This document shows, one piece after another, positions 58,554 through 64,000 of a DNA stretch of 64,000 nt; positions within the stretch are counted from its first letter, which is position 1, and each line of letters starts with the position of its first letter. Source of the DNA: Patescibacteria group bacterium (GTDB lineage: Bacteria > Patescibacteriota > Patescibacteriia > GWA2-46-9); the NCBI GenBank assembly GCA_041675205.1, contig JBAYUF010000005.1:6159-70158 (forward strand), given 5' to 3'. The notes beneath the pieces were generated by a model, which saw only the letters and a program-made list of their open reading frames with translations, did not search any database and was not told the origin of the DNA. A program made the position numbers and the translations under genes.

Positions 58554-58721
58554 TCAGGAGGTGGGGAATAGGACCGACCAGATGATCGGTCCGGCGACAA
58601 AGATGAAGATGAAGGTGAGGCCGATGATGCCGACCTTCCTCTTGGTCTCTTCACTCCAGCCGATGTTCGAAGGTGCCTTGGAAGGTACGATGACCTGTCG
58701 CTTCTGTCGGTTTCGACTCAT
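58554..58721 (-). CDS. 55-aa single-TM small protein (not in the ORF track)
   Basis: AAGGAGG SD; MSRNRQKRQVIVPSK...KVGIIGLTFIFIFVAGPIIWSVLFPTS. Confidence 0.6.
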   Translation of the reverse strand: MSRNRQKRQVIVPSKAPSNIGWSEETKRKVGIIGLTFIFIFVAGPIIWSVLFPTS

Positions 58722-58739
58722 GGCGTTGCCTCCTTGTTG

Positions 58740-58949
58740 CTATTTGGCGATTGTTTTCTGTGCGAGCGTCTGTCGCCTCGCGCGGGAACGATTCGCAATG
58801 ACTTGCAGTCGCACGATTCCGAAAATCGAAACGACGATGAACGCGAGTGGGAACCACGCGTCCTTCTTGAATTGTTCGGCGACCAGAACTATCGCGCTCG
58901 CGAGCGCCACAATTCCAAAGCCGAGTTGGTACGCACGAAGCAGTTGCAC
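58740..58949 (-). CDS. Small two-TM protein
   Basis: AAGGAGG SD before GTG 58949. Confidence 0.6.
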   Translation of the reverse strand: MQLLRAYQLGFGIVALASAIVLVAEQFKKDAWFPLAFIVVSIFGIVRLQVIANRSRARRQTLAQKTIAK

Positions 58950-59053
58950 GTTTCTCTTGCCTCCTTGTCTATCGCTAAGCGAGTCGACTCGCTTTTTTAT
59001 CATTTCACAGCCACTTTGTCAACGCTTCTTTGAGTTGGTATACTGTGGTTACT

Positions 59054-59377
59054 ATGACTGATGAACGTTGGGACGAATTAATCGGACAATTGAAAGATGC
59101 TGGTGTTGTTGAGTCGGAAGTTGAGGAGACGCTGGAAGACCGGCCGGGTGTGGTAATTCGGGTTATCGCTAAAACTCCCGCTGGGCGTGTTTGCTTATCT
59201 CGCACAACACAGCCGCGCAAAATAGGCGAAAAAACTTTTTTTGCTAAACGGTCTAGTTCCACGGCCGCAGTAGAAAACGTTTATGACGAAAAAGACGTTG
59301 TGCATGTTTTCACCGTAGAACGTGAAATAGACGGTGAATGGTCGGAAATTAGGGCAAGTGACTTTGGCCTTGGATAA
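59054..59377 (+). CDS. Hypothetical protein
   Basis: ATG directly after TGGTATACT; 107-aa frame. Confidence 0.7.
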   Translation: MTDERWDELIGQLKDAGVVESEVEETLEDRPGVVIRVIAKTPAGRVCLSRTTQPRKIGEKTFFAKRSSSTAAVENVYDEKDVVHVFTVEREIDGEWSEIRASDFGLG

Positions 59378-59379
59378 CT

Positions 59380-59799
59380 ATGAAAAAACACGACCTACTA
59401 CTACTTTTTCTTGCCGTCATCACCATACTTGCGGTAAATGTTTCCGTACAAGCTATGAATGCAGTGGTTCTGACACAAGCGACACAGGTTGCTTCAAAAC
59501 CGTCTCCCGTTGACACGAAAGCGTACCAAAATGGTGCGGCCGCAGCGCTTACAAGTTTCGTGGTGGCGTATCAAGCTGACAGTAAAGAAGAGCGTGTGGT
59601 TGCGATAACAAATGCCCGAACCGCACTCCTCGCATTGCGCGTACCGATGGATCTTAAAGACGTGCATTTGGATTTGGTGCTAGCGCTCGATGCTTTAGCA
59701 GCGGCTGAAGCAGCAGAAAACGAAGTAGCCATGAGCAGTGCCCTGGCTGGGTTACGAGCCATTAGTGTTGCTAACCCGTGGTTAGCGGCTGGGCAATAA
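59380..59799 (+). CDS. Hypothetical exported protein
   Basis: Signal-like N-terminus; VP....HL.LV motif. Confidence 0.65.
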   Translation: MKKHDLLLLFLAVITILAVNVSVQAMNAVVLTQATQVASKPSPVDTKAYQNGAAAALTSFVVAYQADSKEERVVAITNARTALLALRVPMDLKDVHLDLVLALDALAAAEAAENEVAMSSALAGLRAISVANPWLAAGQ

Positions 59800-59806
59800 G
59801 TATTCT

Positions 59807-60691
59807 GTGCGCAACTACGCTTTAGGTTTACTACAATGGTTGCGCCAGCTATACAACCGTTTGCGATACGCTGGCCGGGGGTTTCTTTTGACGCTGCGTC
59901 AGCAACCAGCACGGCGACTACTACCAATAATAAGTGGCGTCGTTTCTATTAGTCTTTTTGAATTTGTACTGTTTCGCCCCGACCTTTGGGCAATAGTGAT
60001 TCTGCTCATTATCGCCATGGCTGTTACCACGGGTATTGGTCTTATGAACACCCGGCTCACTTTACCAGGTTGGTGGCACACGCTTATTACCCCGGCGCTT
60101 CTGGGTATTACCTCGGTCGGGCTTTTGCTTTTTCTCCCTACTGCAACCAGTCGTCAGGTAACCATTATTCTCGTTGCCGCCTTGTTTTTACTGTTTTGGG
60201 AAAACATTTGGCGCTATTACTGGGATAGGGCGCGGTATCATGATGAGGCACTTGAAAATATATCGCTGGCGTTAAACACCGCCATCATCTGGTTCTTTTC
60301 TCTCTTTGCGTTTAATGCACTACTCGACGCCACGATTTTCCCTGGCATTATTGCAAGCAATGCACTCCTCATTGGTTCAGGGTTAGTGGTGGCAATCGTT
60401 TTCTTTATCGATTACCGCACAATTTGGGTGCAACGGTACAATGCAGAAACCGTCTGGCTGCTGCAAGTATCGCAAGCGTTAATTTTAGGCGAACTATTTT
60501 GGGTAACCAATTTCTTACCGCACAGTGTTGAAGTAAAGTCTTTCTTGCTGGTTTTGGCGTACTATCTATTTACAAATATTGGCCGGTCATACTTAGACGG
60601 CACCCTGCGGTCGTCTGTGCTTCGTCGGTATCTGTACCTTGGCACGTTTACCTTGCTTGCTGTCTTTATTACTGCTAATTGGTTTGTTTAG
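59807..60691 (+). CDS. Polytopic membrane protein
   Basis: About 9 TM segments; ELFW...FLP motif. Confidence 0.7.
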   Translation: MRNYALGLLQWLRQLYNRLRYAGRGFLLTLRQQPARRLLPIISGVVSISLFEFVLFRPDLWAIVILLIIAMAVTTGIGLMNTRLTLPGWWHTLITPALLGITSVGLLLFLPTATSRQVTIILVAALFLLFWENIWRYYWDRARYHDEALENISLALNTAIIWFFSLFAFNALLDATIFPGIIASNALLIGSGLVVAIVFFIDYRTIWVQRYNAETVWLLQVSQALILGELFWVTNFLPHSVEVKSFLLVLAYYLFTNIGRSYLDGTLRSSVLRRYLYLGTFTLLAVFITANWFV

Positions 60692-60852
60692 GGCGGTGTA
60701 GATAGGGTAGTTACCATTGACTTTTTGAATAAAAAGTAGTAATTTCTTTGGTCGCCTACAGTCGTAGGGGGCCAGCTTTTCTCGTGAGTAACGAGACTAA
60801 GTTGAGCTGAATGTTCACTGACAATCAAAGGTTTTTAGAAGGAGAAATTCCG

Positions 60853-61056
60853 ATGGCCGAGAAATCTGAGACGAAACAGCCGATGGGGTTTGTTTGCCCT
60901 GGCTGGGCAAAGCCTCACTGGAATGCCCTCGAGTGCACTATCGAAGAGTGCACCGACGGCAGTCACGTCGTGCTGGACCACTCGTTGAACGGCGTGACCA
61001 TTTATGCCGGTGCAACGCGTAAAGATTGCAGCGACTGGCTGAATCCCTACTGCTAA
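60853..61056 (+). CDS. Small hypothetical protein
   Basis: AAGGAG SD before ATG 60853. Confidence 0.5.
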   Translation: MAEKSETKQPMGFVCPGWAKPHWNALECTIEECTDGSHVVLDHSLNGVTIYAGATRKDCSDWLNPYC

Positions 61057-61096
61057 CCTTCGCTACTGCGAAGCTGACTAAGAAACTGGAGGAACC

Positions 61097-61684
61097 ATGA
61101 ACGGGATATTTTCCATGACCCAGTTCCTCCAGGAATACCCTGAGGTGCTGGACCCACGTCGATTAGTCGACGATGAGGAACATTACCGGCGATGGATTGC
61201 GGCGCGAGAAACGCTCGTCTGGAAGGCCTACGCCGCCAGAGAACGAGCAATTTCGTATCGCGGCTTTAAGGTAGGGTGCGCCGTTTACGCATGGCGACCA
61301 TATCGAGAAGCCAAAGAAGCATGGCAGGTTAGCGAAGACCCCGCTGACTACATGGGTGTCCGGTGGACGACGTTCACTGGGGCAAACATGAAGACGGCAG
61401 AGGATATTCGCCCAGTTTGCGCCGAACAAGTGGCAGTTTCCGCAGCTCGTATGGCTGGCTATACCCGTATCATTGGGATTGTCGTTGTCGGCGAACCGCA
61501 AACTGACCACGATAGTGGACTCAGCCACAGAACGCTGCACCCGTGTGGCGTTTGCAGACGAACCCTTGCTGCACTTCCAGAGGTGCATGGCGACACTCCA
61601 ATTCTGACCGGAGGAATCGATGGAGACGTCATTCATCTCGAAGAGTTCAGCTTGGACGAGCTCGTGCAGTTGCACGAGATTTGA
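61097..61684 (+). CDS. Cytidine deaminase-like protein
   Basis: SYRGFKVGCA, CAEQ and PCGVCR motifs; GGAGG SD. Confidence 0.8.
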   Translation: MNGIFSMTQFLQEYPEVLDPRRLVDDEEHYRRWIAARETLVWKAYAARERAISYRGFKVGCAVYAWRPYREAKEAWQVSEDPADYMGVRWTTFTGANMKTAEDIRPVCAEQVAVSAARMAGYTRIIGIVVVGEPQTDHDSGLSHRTLHPCGVCRRTLAALPEVHGDTPILTGGIDGDVIHLEEFSLDELVQLHEI

Positions 61685-61710
61685 TGGTCAACCAACAAGG
61701 AGAAGAAACC

Positions 61711-62013
61711 ATGAAACCAACACGTGTGGTCGTCATCGACGACGGCCCCGAAGGCCTGAAAGCGTACCTCGGTACGCTGGATGGAACGGGGACTGTCTAC
61801 TTCACCCGTTGCGGTGACGGTGGATGCCCGGTGACTCAAGCCGACCCCTCCGAACTTCCGGCGGACGGCTGGGTCGAGAGTGTCGGCGGCGACGAGCTGC
61901 ACGTCGACGTCGAGAACGTCCGGATTAGTCTGGACGACGGCCGCATCAAGTGGGACGTCAGCTGTGACTGGTTCGAAGTCTCACCGCAGCCCCTGAGCCC
62001 CGACGAAGCCTGA
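61711..62013 (+). CDS. Hypothetical acidic protein
   Basis: AAGGAG SD before ATG 61711. Confidence 0.55.
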   Translation: MKPTRVVVIDDGPEGLKAYLGTLDGTGTVYFTRCGDGGCPVTQADPSELPADGWVESVGGDELHVDVENVRISLDDGRIKWDVSCDWFEVSPQPLSPDEA

Positions 62014-62168
62014 GTCAGCCACCCGGCGACGAAGACAACCTACAATCAGAAGACCCCCGCATCGCTTGAAATAATAGTGGTGTCGGGGTCTTTAAACTTT
62101 ATGAAGTAAAAATGGCGTTTAATGATAGGCTCGCCCCACAGCGAGCCTTCTGCTATTATTCTTTCACT

Positions 62169-63260
62169 ATGGAACAAACAGAGATACCAACGTTTCCACT
62201 CGAGCGCAAAGCAGGCGTTCCAGTGCCGGTGTTAATCATTCTGTCGCTGGCTGGCGGTATGGCTGGAGCGGCGCTTCTTTTTTCGTTGTTTCCGGAACTC
62301 AGAAAAGCAGTAATCCCACCGGGTACAGAGTCTGTCATTGTGTCGTCTCCTGGTACGGTGGTGGTTGAAGAGGGGGCACGAGTGGTGGATGTTGTTCGGC
62401 AGAGCAAAACAGTTGTCGCTTCGATATTTAAGAAAGGTAATACCACCCGTCTTGGCAGCAGTGTTGTTTATCCACACTCCTCGGCAAGTGGCTCGGCAAT
62501 TATGCTGACAGCGGATGGTTGGTTTGGAACTGTTCAAAACGCCAATGTTTTGGTTGGGGATATCTTGATTGTGGATAATGTTCCTTTCGAAATTAAGACT
62601 GTGTATAAAGACAGTGCTAGCCCATTCGTGCTCGGCAAGGTTGAAGGTGCCCATTTCGCCTCTGTTACTTTTTCAGAACCAGATAACGTAGCGGTCGGAA
62701 TGACCGTTGTCGCCACAACCGGCGAGGAAGATGGCGAGCGTCTTTCACTTGTTTCTTTGACCACACCTTTCGATAGTAGCGACAAGGTACTCACGAGTGA
62801 CCGCCTCACCTATGGGTATGGGGTTTCCTCACTTCGGTTATCGACCGTTGGAATTCCGGTTTTCAGTTTACGCGGTGACCTCGTGGGCCTGACAACAAGC
62901 TCTACGTCTGGCGCAACGGTTTTGGTTCCGGCGGACGTATTGCAGTCACTTCTTGATCAGCAAATTCAATTCTCGAATAGTAAGCGAGCGAGCCTGGGTA
63001 TTACCTACGTGCGGGCATCAGTGCAGGGGGATGTGAGCGGCATGATTAGAACTGTTGTCGCTAGTGCTGCAAAGAGTGCTTCCATACCGGTTGGTAGCAT
63101 CATTGTTTCAATTGATGAAGAAATAGTTGAAGACGCAGATATTTTTCGGGTGATATCTAAAAAACAACCTGGTCAAACAGTTACGTTGAAATATCGCTCT
63201 GGTGTGGAAAGTTCTCAAATCATTGAGAAGACAGTAATCCTTGGTGAGTTATCCACCTGA
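62169..63260 (+). CDS. HtrA/DegP-like trypsin-fold plus PDZ protein, catalytic motifs degenerate
   Basis: GSAIMLTADGW, G.PVF.L.G.LVGL, RASLGI PDZ; canonical NxH and GNSGG not visible. Confidence 0.75.
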   Translation: MEQTEIPTFPLERKAGVPVPVLIILSLAGGMAGAALLFSLFPELRKAVIPPGTESVIVSSPGTVVVEEGARVVDVVRQSKTVVASIFKKGNTTRLGSSVVYPHSSASGSAIMLTADGWFGTVQNANVLVGDILIVDNVPFEIKTVYKDSASPFVLGKVEGAHFASVTFSEPDNVAVGMTVVATTGEEDGERLSLVSLTTPFDSSDKVLTSDRLTYGYGVSSLRLSTVGIPVFSLRGDLVGLTTSSTSGATVLVPADVLQSLLDQQIQFSNSKRASLGITYVRASVQGDVSGMIRTVVASAAKSASIPVGSIIVSIDEEIVEDADIFRVISKKQPGQTVTLKYRSGVESSQIIEKTVILGELST

Positions 63261-63320
63261 GGATAACGTTATTTCCAGCCTTACAGGGATGGAAATAACG
63301 TGCCGTATGCAGGTACGACT

Positions 63321-63461
63321 TACGCTATACGTTATACGGGAGATAGAGGCTATACGGCATACGCCGTAGGTTATACGCCTTACGCTATAGGCTGTACGGA
63401 AAGTCACCGTTGGCCGTAAACTACTTGGCGTACTGCGTACTGCGTATGGCGTATAACGTAC
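63321..63461. repeat. Degenerate heptamer tandem repeats in inverted arrangement
   Basis: TACGCTA/TACGTTA-type units, then complementary GCGTACT/GCGTATG units. Confidence 0.7.
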
Positions 63462-63527
63462 TTTTCCGCTATACTTTTTAGGTATTTTGTGTTGAAAAGG
63501 GCCTGTTTTTAATTATGAATTCACGGG

Positions 63528-63553
63528 TGTAACATAACCCTCTTTTTTTCGTC
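63528..63553 (+). promoter_or_regulatory. ECF-type promoter, likely autoregulatory
   Basis: TGTAAC-N16-CGTC directly upstream of the ECF sigma gene. Confidence 0.6.
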
Positions 63554-63577
63554 TTATTTATTGTCAGCTTACTGCAT

Positions 63578-64000
63578 CTGCAAAGCTCTCCTTGGCAAGA
63601 AAAGATACTGCTGTACCGATTGTACGACGGAGACCCGTCGGCTTTCGCAGAGCTCTATGACGCATATGCGCCAAAGATTTACCGCTTCATCTACTTCAAA
63701 GTAGGAACACAAGCGGAAGCAGAAGACCTGGCAAGTGAAGTGTTCCTTAAAACGTGGGAGTACGTGAAGCGACGAGAACGACGGATTAAGAATTTTCGGC
63801 CGTTCGTTTATCGACTCGCCCACAACGCTGTCATCGACCATTACCGTTCACGCAGTCAACAGCCGCAAACGCAAATCGATGAACAGCTAGCCACGTTCCC
63901 GGCCGAGATAGATTTAGCAGCCGATGCCGTTCGAAGTTCAGATTTGGAAATAGTTAGACGAGCATTACTGCTCATTAAAGAAGAGTACCGAGATATTATT
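63578..64000 (+). CDS. ECF RNA polymerase sigma factor, partial (runs off the window; start uncertain)
   Basis: GDPSAFAELYDAYAPKIYRFIYFKV..AEDLASEVFLKTW..YRLAHNAVIDHYR. Confidence 0.92.
   Translation, partial: MQSSPWQEKILLYRLYDGDPSAFAELYDAYAPKIYRFIYFKVGTQAEAEDLASEVFLKTWEYVKRRERRIKNFRPFVYRLAHNAVIDHYRSRSQQPQTQIDEQLATFPAEIDLAADAVRSSDLEIVRRALLLIKEEYRDII

Noticed and set aside
1-64000. Alternative genetic code (TGA read as Gly or Trp)
   Set aside because: Core genes are full length under code 11 and several end in TGA (map, ruvX, scpB).

Overview
Genomic window from a bacterium that is most likely Patescibacteria/CPR (inferred from gene content, a compact AspRS and apparently leaderless genes). 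Bases 1-11.7 kb are core genes: rplO-secY-adk-map-ruvX-recO-aspS-scpA-scpB-DD-peptidase-tpiA-TPR, then tRNA-Thr/Tyr/Thr, rpmG and tRNA-Trp. Directly after tRNA-Trp, where secE-nusG usually sit, there is a co-oriented array of 1-3-gene units from about 11.7 to at least 25.6 kb, with remnants to about 33.7 kb. The units are separated by about 12 junctions that share the tRNA-Trp 3' end (CCTGCCA or a near match). A few distinct left halves, including a ~92-nt tRNA-like repeat in 5 copies, are joined combinatorially to a few distinct hairpin/promoter right halves, switching partners at that core. This looks like an integron-like, tRNA-anchored cassette array, but no recombinase is encoded in the window. 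Cargo includes a RohP/RohR/RohQ-like arginine-to-2-aminoimidazole trio, two PEP-utiliser His-domain proteins, paralogous SDR/NUDIX/ASCH genes, and two unrelated orphan ORFs that share the same promoter-leader and trailer. The remainder is mixed accessory and housekeeping content (DipZ, GH3, HisG, tRNA-Pro, rarA, HtrA-like protein, partial ECF sigma factor). All product calls come from motif recognition by eye; no database search was run.
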